The notes: generated by a model from the letters alone, not told the origin. Positions 23,221 to 35,310 are shown, counted from the first letter of the stretch. The stretch: DNA of 64,000 nucleotides from Longimicrobiales bacterium (GCA_965238005.1 OZ250165.1:2688001-2752000), one strand, 5' to 3'. A program made the numbers and translations.

Positions 23221-23270
23221 TTAGGATATTTCCTAAGAGTTGACTTCCTTGCATGCGGGTCTTCACCGTT
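23221..23270 (+). promoter_or_regulatory. Putative promoter/operator of the HTH-AlpA gene
   Basis: Palindrome TTAGGA-tatt-TCCTAA, then TTGACT at 23240; homologous segment at 59681-59736. Confidence 0.5.
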
Positions 23271-23276
23271 GTGGCC

Positions 23277-23792
23277 ATGGAGACGCTGGAGCAGCAGTTC
23301 AACTCGCGGGTGAGGGTGTTCCTCGGAGGCACGGGCCTGAGTTCGACGGCGTTCGGCATGAAGGCGCTGGGCGACCCGAACCTGATGCGCCAGATCGACG
23401 GCGGACGCTCGCTGTCGCTGAGAACGGCGGACCGGGTTCTGGCGTTCATGGCGGACTACGACCTGGACTCGGGCGGCCCTCGGACTCCGCCCCGAGGCCA
23501 CCGGCGCCGGAAGCCTTCGTCACGGGCGAGGAGAACGAGGAGGAGCAGAGCGATGAGTGAACAACCGATCGAACAGAGAACGAACCCGCCGACCCGCTTC
23601 CTGCGGCGGCCGGAGGTGACGGCCCGCACGGGCCTGTCGCGGAGCACGATCTAGGTGCGGCTGGCCGAGGGGCGCTTCCCCCGGCCGGTCTCGCTGGGCT
23701 CGCGCGCCGTGGGCTGGATCGAGGCGGAGCTGGACGAGTGGATCCGCGAACGGATCGCGGAAAGCCGGGACACGGAGAGTGCCGCCCACTGA
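23277..23792 (+). pseudogene. alpA: Small HTH domain in frame with an AlpA-family excisionase/regulator; nonsense mutation
   Basis: FLRRPEVTARTGLSRSTI*VRLAEGRFPRPVSLGSRAVGW; TAG at 23652 where the paralogue has Tyr. Confidence 0.75.
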
Positions 23793-23827
23793 CCCTTAAG
23801 GAGATAACGAACAGACGATGAGAAACG

Positions 23828-24027
23828 TTGTTGAGGACGGTGACGGCCGACTTCGATCTCGTCCACCTCAGGGACGGACAGGAGATCCGGCGCGAGCGCT
23901 GGTCGCTCATGCTGCGGTTCGAGTTCCTCTACCGCATCCCCCCGAGCTCGTCGTCTACAACCCCATGGGCATCCTCATCACCTACCTCCAGGTCGACCGG
24001 GCGCTCGTGACCGGGGACGGGCGATGA
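23828..24027 (+). pseudogene. C-terminal remnant of a VirB8/TrbF-like protein
   Basis: RERWSLMLRFEF (frameshift) PPELVVYNPMGILITY resembles the VirB8 NPxG motif. Confidence 0.45.
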
Positions 24028-24272
24028 TCGCCCATTTGCGTGGCCGCGAACAGGCGCTCGAGCCCTTCGGCTGGAAGGAACGCAAGGCCGAGTGGATCGC
24101 GCTCGCCTGCCTCCACAGCGGCGCCTTCACCCGCGCCCAGGCGACGCGGTTCCTGGACACGCATCACGAACGGGCGCGCCGCCTCGTCCACGCGCTGATC
24201 GCGCATGGCCTGGTAGCGGAGGAGACCGTGCCCCGCGTCCGGGGGATCGGCCGCGTGTGCCGGATCCACGCC
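24024..24272 (+). pseudogene. Truncated wHTH protein, paralogue of 59737-60711
   Basis: HLRGREQALEPFGW...CLHSGAFTRAQ...RGIGRVCRIHA matches the paralogue, then breaks into AT-rich DNA. Confidence 0.75.
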
Positions 24273-24350
24273 GACTCCGTTATAACTTATTATGGATAAT
24301 ATACTTAAGACTACTTAACCCACTCTGCTCCCCTTATTACACCCCTCTTT
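24273..24350. mobile_element. AT-rich element end (att-like junction)
   Basis: Truncates the preceding gene; CTCTGCTCCCCTTATT resembles CTCTGCCCCCCATTATT near 48470. Confidence 0.45.
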
Positions 24351-24485
24351 CTGAACGGGAATCCAGTGGACCGTAACGGAGGTTCCCGGAGGAGGCGAAG
24401 GAGAAAACCTTGCGGGAGGGCAGTTTGTCGATGGCCCCTGTCCTCTCTGATTGCGAACGATTCAGATGGTTATCGTCTCAGATCA

Positions 24486-24974
24486 CTACGCGTTGCCACG
24501 GCTCGCGGCGATCTGTTCTCGGATCCACGCATCCACCTCGGACTCGATCCAGCCGACGGCGCGCGCGCCTAGCCGGATCGGTTGGGGAAAGCTCCCGTCG
24601 GCCACCCGCACGTAGATCGTGCTCCGCGCCAGCCCGGTGCGGGCCTGCACTCGAGGTAACCGCAGGACGCGCGCGGGCGCGTCCATGCCCTGTTCCATTG
24701 CTCTGGTCATCGGTCTGCCTCCGTTCTGTTCGGGGAAAAATTCCGGGGCGCGTTGCCCCGGGAGGGAACAGGGGCCACTTGGGCCCGGCTGCAGGCTCGA
24801 TGGACACCGGGACCTGACAGGCCACCGCCAGCCTCGGGGATCGGCCAGGACGGAGCTGACGCACCAGGTTGAGATAGCCCACCGCCTGTGCAGGCCGAAC
24901 GTCGACGGCGTCACGCCCGTGCGCTCGAGGGATGCATCCACTCGCGATTCGAAGTGCCTCGTCAGCGTCTCCAT
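24486..24974 (-). CDS. alpA: AlpA-family regulator (intact 24486-24710) with a degenerate upstream HTH part
   Basis: VLRLPRVQARTGLARSTIYVRVADGSFPQPIRLGARAVGWIESEV; METLTRHFESRV is homologous to the 23277 start. Confidence 0.8.
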   Translation of the reverse strand: METLTRHFESRVDASLERTGVTPSTFGLHRRWAISTWCVSSVLADPRGWRWPVRSRCPSSLQPGPSGPCSLPGQRAPEFFPEQNGGRPMTRAMEQGMDAPARVLRLPRVQARTGLARSTIYVRVADGSFPQPIRLGARAVGWIESEVDAWIREQIAASRGNA

Positions 24975-25346
24975 GGCAGTTGGGGTCGAGACCGGGCATG
25001 TGAGGACCCGCTCATGCACTGCGGCGCGTGGCCGAGCGCGACCGGATGCCGCCCCGGAGGGTGGTGCTAAGTGAGTCGAAGGCCAGCCGACGGATCGCGG
25101 CGAAGGGCTGCACCGTGCGGTGCATTGACATCGATGCCGGCAGGGCGGCCAGTGCGGGCGGCCGCGACTAGAAGCTGACGCCACAGGGGAGCCATGAGAT
25201 GTTTCGACCGCAGGATCGAACCGGGCCTGCGGCCGGCCGCGCGACAAAGCCGCCCTGGCCCACCGCATGCGGGACGGCCATCGCCCGGAGTACGACCCTC
25301 GCAAGGACACCCGGATCCGCCGGGGACACTACTCGTCCGCCGGCGC

Positions 25347-28300
25347 CTACCAGCCCACTGTGAGTCGGCCCACCAGGCTGTGGTCGGCGTCTCCCCGGCC
25401 CAGGCTCTCGCGGCGCTGGGCGTCGAGGCCGAACTGGAAGCTCATGGCGCCACCCTGCACGACAGCCAGGCTGTAGCCCAGCCGGTAGTCGCGCCCGTAC
25501 TCGGAAGTCGTGACGCCGAACCTCGGGGTCCCCACCAGCCGACTCCCGACCGGCAGCGCATAGCCGAGCTCGGCGTCGATGCGGTCGCCCGATCCCGGGC
25601 CTGCCGCCCCGAGCCCCTCCATCGTATCGCGGCCCCAGAGCGCGTCGGCACCGCTCATCGCCTGACCGCCCCAGGACGGCGCCACCCGCGCCGTCAGCCC
25701 CAGCGGCGTCTGTGGCGTCGGGTCGTAGCTGAACGACACCGACACGCCCCGTTCCCTGAACCCTTCGTCCTGATGCACGAGCAGCGTCCGCACCCGCACG
25801 TCGACCGACAGCCCGGTCAGCGGGTCCGATGCGATCAGGCTCGCGGCGACGTCCGCGCCCGCGCCCGTCTCCGCGTCCCCGCCATCACGCCTGAGCCCGA
25901 CCTCGAGGCTCGGCCGCAGCACGATTCCATGCCCGAACACGTAGCCCCTCGAGGCCTCGAGCGCTGTCCGCACACGCGTCACCACCGCTTCGGTCCCAGC
26001 CAGGCGGCCTGCCGGACCGTCCACGGCCTCGCTGCCCGTGCCGACCCACAGCGCGTCCGCCTTGAACGCAAGCCCGAACCCGCCGACACCGGCATCCACC
26101 AGATCGCCCCTCACGCCCCCGGCGAGCATCGACATCGAGAGCCCGCCCTTGAGCGACGTCGGGGACGTCAGAGGCGTCGAGAGCGCCAGTGTCTCGCCCG
26201 GTGTCAGGCTCAGCGAGCCCCTCCCGTATCCGGTCACGCCCCAGAGCGTGACCCGCTCAGTCAGCTGGTAGCCCACCCAGGGGTGGAGCCCCGTCACCGA
26301 CGAGGCCACCTGGCCGATATCGGTCCCCTGGTAGCCGCCCAGGCCCCGCCGGTGCGAGAGCATCAGCCCGGCCATCAGCGGCCCCTTCGCGTAGTCGGCC
26401 CCGAACATCGTCGTCCTGACCCCGCCGTCGAGCGACAGCTCACCGTCCCGGCCGCCGAACCGCGACTCCATCCCGCGGCTCCAGAGCGACACGCTCGCGC
26501 CCCCGCCCGTCTCGCGGTTCAACACGAACCCCGAGCCCATCAGCAGGTCGCCGCCTCCCAGACCCCTCCGCAAGAGTTCCGCGCCGCTCAGATCGGACTG
26601 GACACCCGTCGTATCCCGGGCACCCGCAACTGCGGTGGACTGAAGCCGGCTCAGGAAGTTCCGGCCCATATCGCGCTCCATCCCACGCCTGAGCTCACGG
26701 CCCGCGAACCGGCCCCGGAAGCCCGAAGCTCTGGACGCCTCCAGCCGCGCCTCCACCTGCTCCATCACGTGCAGCGCCGTCGCCCGCCCGAACCGGGCCA
26801 ACAACGCCCGCGGCAGCGGATCGGTGTTCTCGATCGTTCCGGTCGCCTCGGCGTCCGCGACGGCCGCCCCCGAGGGACTGCTCAAGGTCAGCGTCAACGT
26901 CTCCTCGCCCTCGTTGTGCGAATCGTCGAGGACCGTGACCGAGACGGTCTTCACCGTGTCCCCGGCCGCGAACGTCAGCGTGCCTCTCGTGGCCGTGTAG
27001 TCCATGCCCGCCTGTGCGCTGCCGTCCGCCGTGGCGTAGTCGACCGTGACCGTCTCCGACGCCGGGCGGCTCAAGCTCACCACGAAGTCGAGCGTTGCGC
27101 CCGGAGCCTCGTGGACCTCGGCATTGGCGACCGAGAGCGAGGCGGGACCATAGACCGTCAGGCGAAGGTCGCCGGTCAGCAGCTGTCCGCCGGCGGTGCA
27201 GACGGCGTGCGCCTCGGAGCACGAACTCGCGGTGCGCACGGCGATGCGCACGTCTTCGTTCGCGTCGGGGGTAATGGTGATGGCCCAGCCCTGGTTCTCG
27301 CCCTTGGTGAGCCGCTTGGCCCGCGTCACGGTGCCGCCGGTGACGTCGAGCAGGTGGTCGCGCACCGTGCGGTAGCTGAGTCCCGCGGGGTTCTGGTTCT
27401 TGCCGAGCTGGAGGTGGAAGGTGAAGGCGCTGCCGTCGTGCTCGCTCGGTGTGCGGTCGAAGTAGGCGAGGAATGGCGTCACGCTCGTGCGCACCGTCGC
27501 GGAGAGCGTGCTCGTGAGCCTTCGCCCGTCGACGGTGCAGAGCGCCCCGTCGGCCGCGCAGTCGGTGGTGGCGGGCAGCGCGACGGTGACATCGCCTTGA
27601 CCGTCGGGCGTCACCGTGACGGCCCACTTGGCCGTCTCGCCGGCGACGAGCACCGCGGCGGTCACCGAGCCGCCGGTGACGTCGAACGCGCCGCGGACGG
27701 CTGCCGCGTCCGCAGTGACCGCTTCGCTGAACGCCACGCGGAACGAGAAGGCGCTGCCGTCGTGGGTCTCGGGCATGCCCTCGAACGCCGCCGTGAGCGG
27801 GTCCTGCACCGGGATCACCGGGCTGCCCGCCCGCGCCGCGCCGACGTGCGACCGATCCGCCGCCACGCCCGTCGCGCCGTCGATCGCCCCGCCGTTGAGC
27901 ACCAGCGTATTCGGCGGCACGATCACCGAGGACACGGTCCCATCCGCTGCGGCCACCGGGTAGCGGAACACCAGGGACCTCGTCTCGGACCCCCGGGCAT
28001 ACGCCGCCGCCCGCGGCGCGGTCCCGTTCAACTGCAGCCCGATCGAGGGCGTGCCGCCGCCCGTCTTCACCGTCACCGCCTCGCTGAACGTCAGCGTCAC
28101 CTCCACCGCCTCGCCCGGCGTCCACGCGCCATCGGCGCCGGGATCCGACACCACCGGAGCCCCCGCAATCGTCGCCGGCGCGTCCTCCGCCGTCGCCTCC
28201 GCCGTCGCCGTCGCCGGCACCACCTGCACCCGCACCTCCGGCGCACTGAACTTGCCCGACGCCCGGTGCTCGATCCGCACAGGGCCGAGCGTCGCGTCCC

Positions 28301-31300
28301 CGGCCGCCACCACCGTCACCTCCCGCGACCGGAACCAATTCGCGGGAACGAACGTCAGACGCTCCGGCGTCACGCGGACCCCGGCCGACTCGGACGGCGG
28401 CGTCGGGCGCACCGTCGAACCCAGGCTGGTCGTCCCCACGACCCACACCCCCGGGCGCATGAGGCGCACCCGGTACGAGGTCGTCCCCCCCTGCTCGACC
28501 GTGACCGAGGGGGGCGACACCTCCACCCGGTACCGCGTGCCCGGGTTGCCCTGGGTCAGCAGCCGCGTGAGCGCCGGCAGTTTTTCGAGCTCCGCCAGCG
28601 GGACGCTCTGCAGCCGGTTGTTCCGCAGGTCCAGCCACTCCAGCGACGTCAGCCCGTCGAAGACCCCCGATCCCAGCGAGCTCAAGCGGTTGTCGCTCAG
28701 CACCAGCTCGGTGAGCCCCCGCAACGGATCGAACACGCCCGGGGAGAGCGAGGCGAGCTGGCCGCGTTCAAGGTTCAGGGACCTAAGCGACGTCAGCCCG
28801 TCGAACACCCCAGCGGGCAGCGACGTCAGCGGCTGATCGAAGAAACTCAGCCGCCGCACCCCCGTCAACCCCGCAAAATCCCCGCGCCGCAAACTCGTGA
28901 CCGGCCCGTCGTCGTCCTGGAACTCCAGGTACGTCGCCCGCGCCAGCCAGTCCGCCGTCACCCCCGAACACGTCCCCGTATACCCCGGGCTCACGGCAAG
29001 CGTGAGCACTCTCAGGATCTCGTTCCTCACCGCCGCCGTGCGCCCGCAAATGCCCGTCCCGACACTCGCCACGCCCACCGTCACGATCACCGTGGCCGTC
29101 GCCGTCGCCTCCCCGTCGCTCACCGTGTAGGTGAACCGGGCCGTGCCCGTAAAGCCACTGCTCGGCGTATACACCACCCGGGTGTTGTCCGCGTTCGGCG
29201 CCGCGGTGCCGGAGGTGGGGGGCGTCACCGCCGCCACCGTCAGGGCATCGTCCTCGGCGTCGCGGTCGTTGGACAGCACATCGATCGTCACCGCCTCGCC
29301 CGCCCCGGTCGCCACGTTGTCGTTCGCCGCCACCGGCGCGGTATTCACCGTCGTCGGGCCGGTGACGACCGACCGGCTGCCGTCCACCTTGTGCCCCGCG
29401 TGATTCGTCGCGTCTATGCTGTGTGTGAGCACCGCGTCCCGCCCGCCCAACCCCTGGATCGTGCTGCCGCCGGTGAGCTCCACCGCGGGCGAAAAACCGG
29501 TATAGACGCCGTCGTCATCCATGTCGGTCGCCTGCACCACGTACACGAACGACAGCGTGGCCGTGCCCGAGCCGCCGTCGTAGTCCGCAAACTCACGATC
29601 CGGCGGGGCCAGCGGAATCCCCAACTCGAACCGCGGCATGCCGCTCACCACCACCACCTGGTCGAACTCCACCTCGAAGCGGATCTCTTCGTCCACCCCG
29701 TAGGTGTCGTCTTCCAGCACCGGCGTCGAGACCACCCGGAGCGCGGTGATCTGCGGCTGCGTGTTGACCTTGTGCGCATCCTGCCGGCCCCGCCCGCCGT
29801 AGGCGTCCACCACCGCCGCAACGTCGTCCGCCGTGATCGATCCCATGTTCAGCTCCAGGGCGCCGTCGGTCGCGCCGTCACGCAGGAACACCCCGTCGTC
29901 GTCCTGGTCTTCCGTTTCCACCGTGTAGCGGAACACCAGCGTGGTCGTGCCCGACCCCGAGATGTAGCCCGCCTTCCTGGCGCCCCGCGGGTCGATGCCG
30001 ATCTGGTGGCTCGGCGTGCCGTCCGTCGTGTCCACCGTCACCGCCTCGCTGAACACCACCGACACCTCGATGGTGTCGCCGGTCACGTAGCCGGTCACGA
30101 CGGGCGGCGTGGACGTCAACGCCACCGACGTCACCGTCGCCGCGCCGGTGTTCGTGGCGCCATCGACCTTGTGGTTCGGCTTATCTCCTCGGCCGACGGT
30201 GAGGGCGAGGTTGGCCGCGGTTTCCGTGTCCTTGGCCACGATCACGCCGTTCGAGCCCAGGGTGATCGCGCTGTTCGGGGTCACGTCGCTGTCGTTGACG
30301 AGGAAGATGCCGTTATCGTCCATGTCGCCGAACTGCACCGTGTAGGCGAACACCAGCACGGTCGTGCCCGTGCCGGAGGCGTAGGCCGCGTCGGTGCTTA
30401 CCGCTTCCCCGGCATTCCCCATCGAGAACGTCAGCGACGGGGTGCCCCTCACGTCCACCGCCGCGCTGAAGGTCACGGAGATCTCGATCGTCTCGTCCGT
30501 GTCGTAGGTGTTCGCCGCGACGGGGGTCGAGGTCACCGCGAGGCCCGTGATCGTCGGTGCGCCGGTGTTCGTGGCGCCATCGACCTTGTGGTTCGGCTTA
30601 TCTCCTCGGCCGACGGTGAGGGCGAGGTTGGCCGCGGTTTCCGTGTCCTTGGCCACGATCACGCCGTTCGAGCCCAGGGTGATCGCGCTGTTCGGGGTCA
30701 CGTCGCTGTCGTTGACGAGGAAGATGCCGTTATCGTCCATGTCGCCGAACTGCACCGTGTAGGCGAACACCAGCACGGTCGTGCCCGTGCCGGAGGCGTA
30801 GGCCGCGTCGGTGCTTACCGCTTCCCCGGCATTCCCCATCGAGAACGTCAGCGACGGGGTGCCCCTCACGTCCACCGCCGCGCTGAAGGTCACGGAGATC
30901 TCGATCGTCTCGTCCGTGTCGTAGGTGTTCGCCGCGACGGGGGTCGAGGTCACCGCGAGGCCCGTGATCGTCGGCGCGGCAACGCCGGTAGTGTTGGTGA
31001 CCGCCTGGTCGGTGAAGGTCGCCACCTCGTTGCCGTTCGCATCGACCAGCGTGTTGTTGCTGCCCGAGGCGGGCTTGGTGTAGCTCACCTTGACATCGGT
31101 GTCCGTGCTCACCACCGCCGCGGCCAGGGTCAGGGTCACCGTGGCGCCGCTGATGGACGGCGTGTCGCTCAGGGTGACCTCTGCCTCGGTGCCCGCATCC
31201 GGGGTCTTCTTCACCGTGAAGGGGGTGTTCACCAGGGAGGTGGCGGCGGCGAGGTCCTTATCGAAGGTGATGACCAGCGACGTGCCGTCGACCGTGGCCG

Positions 31301-33280
31301 AGCTGACGATGGGGGCGACGGTGTTGTTGGTCACCTCCTCGTCGGTGAATGTGGGCGCATCGTTGCCCGCGGCGTCCTGAACCACCCCGGTCTGGTCCCC
31401 GGCGGCATCGGTGTAGCTCAGCGTCACCGTCTGCCCGGCGGTCACCGCCGTCGCCGGGGTCAGCGTCACCGTGCGGCCCGAGACGGCGGCGAAGCTGCCG
31501 GTCCTCAGCGTCGCCGCCACATTGTCGACCTTGAGGGCATACCGGTCGATCGCAAGGTTGACCGAGCCCGCCCCGAAAAGGTCCTCGTCGTAGGTGAGGA
31601 CGATGGTCGCGCCGTCCGTGGAGGTCGCGGCGCTCTCGAGGGCCGGATAGGCGAAGTTGACCCGGTGGTCGGCATCCCTGTCCACCCTGGTGTGGCTCAG
31701 AACGGCGGGGGTGTTGTCCGATACGGCCACGATCGTGCCGCCGTTGAGCTCGAGGGTGTTGCCGTCAATCCTGATGCCGGCGGCGGCGGACTCGTCGCTC
31801 GCGACCACCGTGTAGCGGAAGACCAGCGCCGTCGTGCCCGAGCCGCTGTCGTAGTCGGCCCACCGATTCCCTGAGTTCGAGACCGTCAGAGAAAGTTGAA
31901 TCCGCGGCGTGCCGTTCGTGGTGTCCACCGTCATCGCCGTGCCGAACGTCACCGTCACCTCGATAGAGTCGTCCGTTACGTAGTTGTCGTCGCTGCCGGG
32001 ATCGGAGGTGATCTCCACGCCGGTGACCGCGGTCGCGACTAGGACGTTGTTGGTGACGGAATTGTTGCTGGAGAACGCATTGCCATTGCCGACGGCGTCC
32101 CTGACCGTGTTTAAGCTCAAGCTTACGGTGACCGTCTGACCATGCCCCAGGGCGGTCCTGAGAGTCAGCACGACGGTCGCACCGCTGACAGTCGCTCCGG
32201 AGACGCTGGACTGCCTGTTGTTCACTAAAATCTGTGAGTGGTCGACGCTGCTGAGGGTCTCGCTGAAGGTGGCGGTGATGGTCGTGCCGTCCGTCGAGGT
32301 TTCGGCGCTGACGAAGGTCGGCCGCACGCCGTCCACCTTGTGGTCGGCATCGGCCGCCACCGCGGCATGGGTCAGGACGGCGTCCGTGGTCCCCGCCTTG
32401 ATCGTGCCGCCGTTCAGGGCCAGCTGGTTCGCCGCGATCGCGATGCCGTCGGTGTCCGCATCGTTCGCCGCCACCGTGTAGGCGAACACCAGTTGCGTCG
32501 CCGTCGAGTCCGTGGCGCTGTAGTCGGCGGTCTTGTCCGTCCCGCCGACGTCCAGGGTGAGCTGCGGGGTGCCGGTCACCGTCACGTCCGCGCTGAAGGT
32601 CACCGTCGCCTGGATCGCGTCGCCGATGGCGTAGGTGGCGTCGTCGCCGTCACGGTCGTCATCGTTGGGATCGGAGGTGATCTCCACCGAGGTGACCGTC
32701 GGGGCCGTGGTGGTGTCGGCCTTCTCGGTGCCCTTGACGACGATGACCAGACTGCCGGTAGTCTCCCTGCCGCCCCACGACTGCGTTTCCAAGCCCCTCT
32801 GAATCCGACCGTCTCCGATGCTCCAGCCGGTCTCGCCCGTCTGGCCATTGCCGCTGGCTCGCCTAAGGCCTGTCCGACTCGATATTCCCTCGCCTACGGA
32901 GATCCAGTAGGTCGTGGTGGCATCGAGGGTGGTGTTGGCCGGCGCGGTAAAAGTGTTGAGGTGGTGGTCAAGGTGGCCGGGTTGGTGAGGGTCGCCACCA
33001 AGTCACCCGGCTGGTTGCTGGCGTTGTTCTCCCGGATCGTCACGGATGTCGAGGTGCCTGCGGGGACGCTACTTATACTGACCTGAACCTCCGAAAGCGT
33101 GAAGCCCGTGTTGCCGGTGGTGTTGGCGCCGGTGGTGAAGTCCTGGGCCTGAAAGTTACCGTTCGAGCTAGGCGACACGGTCTCGCCGGTGTTGCTGACG
33201 AAGGTGGTCTGCGCCTCGACCGGCGCCACGCCGGCAAGGAGGGTCAGGACGACAAGGAGGGGAACGAAGGCGAGCCCGGC
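25347..33280 (-). CDS. Giant surface adhesin/autotransporter-like protein (Ig-like repeats, SwmB-like, cadherin-like, LRR, Calx-beta, C-terminal barrel); 5' end frameshifted
   Basis: 2481-aa open frame; LPAGVFDGLTSL LRRs; TVTVDYAT.DGSA.AG.DY Calx-beta; terminal Trp; signal-like LAFVPLLVVLTLLAGVAPVEAQ in another frame joined by a shift near 32960; start codon not found. Confidence 0.8.
30142..30975. repeat. Near-perfect 417-bp (139-aa) tandem duplication
   Basis: 30142-30558 and 30559-30975 look identical by eye apart from the last base. Confidence 0.9.
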
Positions 33281-34059
33281 CGCGGCGCGGCGCCGGCCGC
33301 GCGCGGGACCCGCCTTGAGGGCAGGGCGTCGCGTGTCCTGAGCAGGTGCGGGTCCGCCCGCGAGGGACGCGGGCGAGTCAGGCGCCCGGCCTGACCGGGT
33401 TGCGCTCAGCCGAGGCCTGACGCGCCCCGGTGAAACCGTGCGTGCGGGTAGGCTTAGGTCAGAGGTGGCTCTTGGCTCTTATAATGGTGGATCACTTCGC
33501 CTCCCGATTTGTCAACCCCTAATTCGATGTATTCTACTCCGTGTTCCGAGGGCCGAGCAAGTGGTAACCCCACTCAGCCTGGAACGAGCGGTGACTCCAA
33601 GCTCCCTCTCGGACCTACGCTGGGAGTGCTCGTCGAAGCTATGGACGGCCGAATCGGATTCTGGCCTCATCGAAGCCTACGACCGGGTTCACCGCAATGG
33701 GTCTGGTCCGGGAGCAAGTTGCCCTTGGACTCTTTCCCAGGGGGGAGAGACGAGCTGACGACGAAGCGGCGAGGGGCTATTCCACTGCGGCACCACCCGG
33801 CAAACGGTGCGCCTCTCCGGGGCGCACTTCCGGTGACCTGCCTGCCTGTCATGCCACGACTGGGATGTGCAAGACACGTCGGGGGTCGATACACAGATTG
33901 CCCCGGCAGCGATTCACACGGGCGCGGCTCTTCATGCGATTGTAGCTAATGCAGTTACGCCTTGTGCTGGCCGGTCGGCGCGGCAAACCGGGCAGCACCG
34001 AGGTTGACGGGAGGCGACCCCCCGATCTGACGATCCGGTACGGGGGTTCGGGGGGCATC

Positions 34060-34143
34060 CCCCGCCCGCGAACTCCGCCGGAGCGCGGGCCTCCTGGGGG
34101 ATCGAAGGGGGAGCGTGGAGCATCCCCTCGCCAGATCGCAATG
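34060..34143 (-). other. Distal half of a ColE1-type oriT (copy 2), cut at the hairpin loop
   Basis: Minus strand CATTGCGATCTGGCGAGGGGATGCT matches 11787-11811. Confidence 0.7.
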
Positions 34144-34850
34144 GTAGAGTCGAGGGCTGGCGCGCCGACGGTAGGGTCCGGTGGCTATTCCGTCGCTTTC
34201 GCTCCGGGCCTCAGACCGGCTCCCATAGTCACGTTTCCAGTCCCCGCTCATCGGTAGGGTCGGGAGCTGGCGCGCCGACGGTAGGGTCCGGTGGCTGTCC
34301 CATCGCTTTCGCTCTGGCCCTCAGTCCGGCTCCCGTGACCACGTTTCCAGCTCCCGCCTCGTCAAACGCAGCATGCGGTTTTCCCGCACTACGCTTTCCT
34401 GTTGCCTTCATCCCATGGGTTATGGGGCCTACTGAGCCGGGAGCGCTTTCGGCGACAGATAGCGAACCCGGTACTGTGAGAACAATCCGAGCCGCTCATA
34501 TAGCCATCGCCTACTCCACCTCTTCCAGCCAAATCCCCGACGTCCGCGCTGTTGCATCAGATGTCGCCGTATCTTCTTCTCGACCCAATCCTTGACCTGA
34601 CCGAAACATCTGCTCGCATGCCCTACGCAAAAATAGTTCACCCATCCACGCAGGATCGGGTTGATCAGGTCCACGACCTGCTCCACCGGTTGCGAGCGAT
34701 AACGTCGGAACACTTCCTTGAGTCGGCGCAGGAGTTTGGTGCGTGCCTTCATTGTCGGCACACACCTCACCCCCCACTTGCCCCGCCGCGTTTTCGCACG
34801 GCGGATCTCAAACCCCAGAAAACGGAAACTCTCGCCATTGGCAAGATCAA
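34144..34850 (-). mobile_element. Group II intron 3' remnant: maturase end, domain V and two tandem domain VI/3' ends
   Basis: DV AAGCGTAGTGCGGGAAAACCGCATGCTGCGTTT (about 34364-34396); 3' ends GACCCTAC at 34254 and GACTCTAC at 34144. Confidence 0.85.
34429..34850 (-). pseudogene. ltrA: Group II intron RT/maturase C-terminal fragment without endonuclease domain
   Basis: FRFLGFEI (RT7) and LINPILRGWVNYF (domain X). Confidence 0.85.
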
Positions 34851-34957
34851 CAGCGACACTGCAACTAGGAGCGTCCTACATAACCCACTGCGGTAGCTAT
34901 AGTTAGATAATCTTACCAGACACATATGGATTGTATTGGAATCTGTGTGTAGCAGAC
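34851..34957. mobile_element. Integrase-proximal end of a sibling integrative element
   Basis: Alignable with 46062-46168, including the shared block CTTACC.GACACATATGGATTGTATTGGAAT. Confidence 0.75.
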
Positions 34958-35212
34958 GGTTGGTCAGCTCGGAGAGGAGCCGGGAAGCCTCGGCGGGCCC
35001 CAGCAGGTAGGTCGGCGCACTCGCTTGACGGCGGCGGCGCCACCGTAAGGGGGGGTGGATGCCCCATCTGACGGTACGCGAGGCAGTCGAATAGTTGAAG
35101 GTCAGGGAGCGATTCATCGTCTGCTCGCCAAGGCAGACATTCCCGGCATTCAAGGTCGGCTACTTCGGGGATTCGGAAACGGTGAGATCGACCGATTGGA
35201 CGGACTCGCACC

Positions 35213-35310
35213 GTAGTGAAGAAGCTCCGCCCGAAGCTCGGCGACGACGCGGCCAGACCGGGCCTACGTCTTCAACGAGCGCGGGGTCGGCTACCGGATG
35301 GCGAGGCCGG
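35213..35310 (+). pseudogene. OmpR/KdpE-type response regulator C-terminal remnant
   Basis: VKKLRPKLGDDAARP (frameshift) YVFNERGVGYRM. Confidence 0.5.

Noticed and set aside
12777..23654. Three in-frame TAG codons (12777, 19523, 23652) as possible amber recoding
   Set aside because: They fall at positions expected to encode different residues, and other genes here end in TAG; decay or sequencing error is more likely
25194..31874. 2226-aa plus-strand ORF
   Set aside because: Antisense shadow of the GC-rich adhesin gene; Arg/His/Pro-rich with no recognisable motifs
34429..34850. RT fragment as a retron or DGR
   Set aside because: Domain X motif followed by canonical DV/DVI identifies a group II intron
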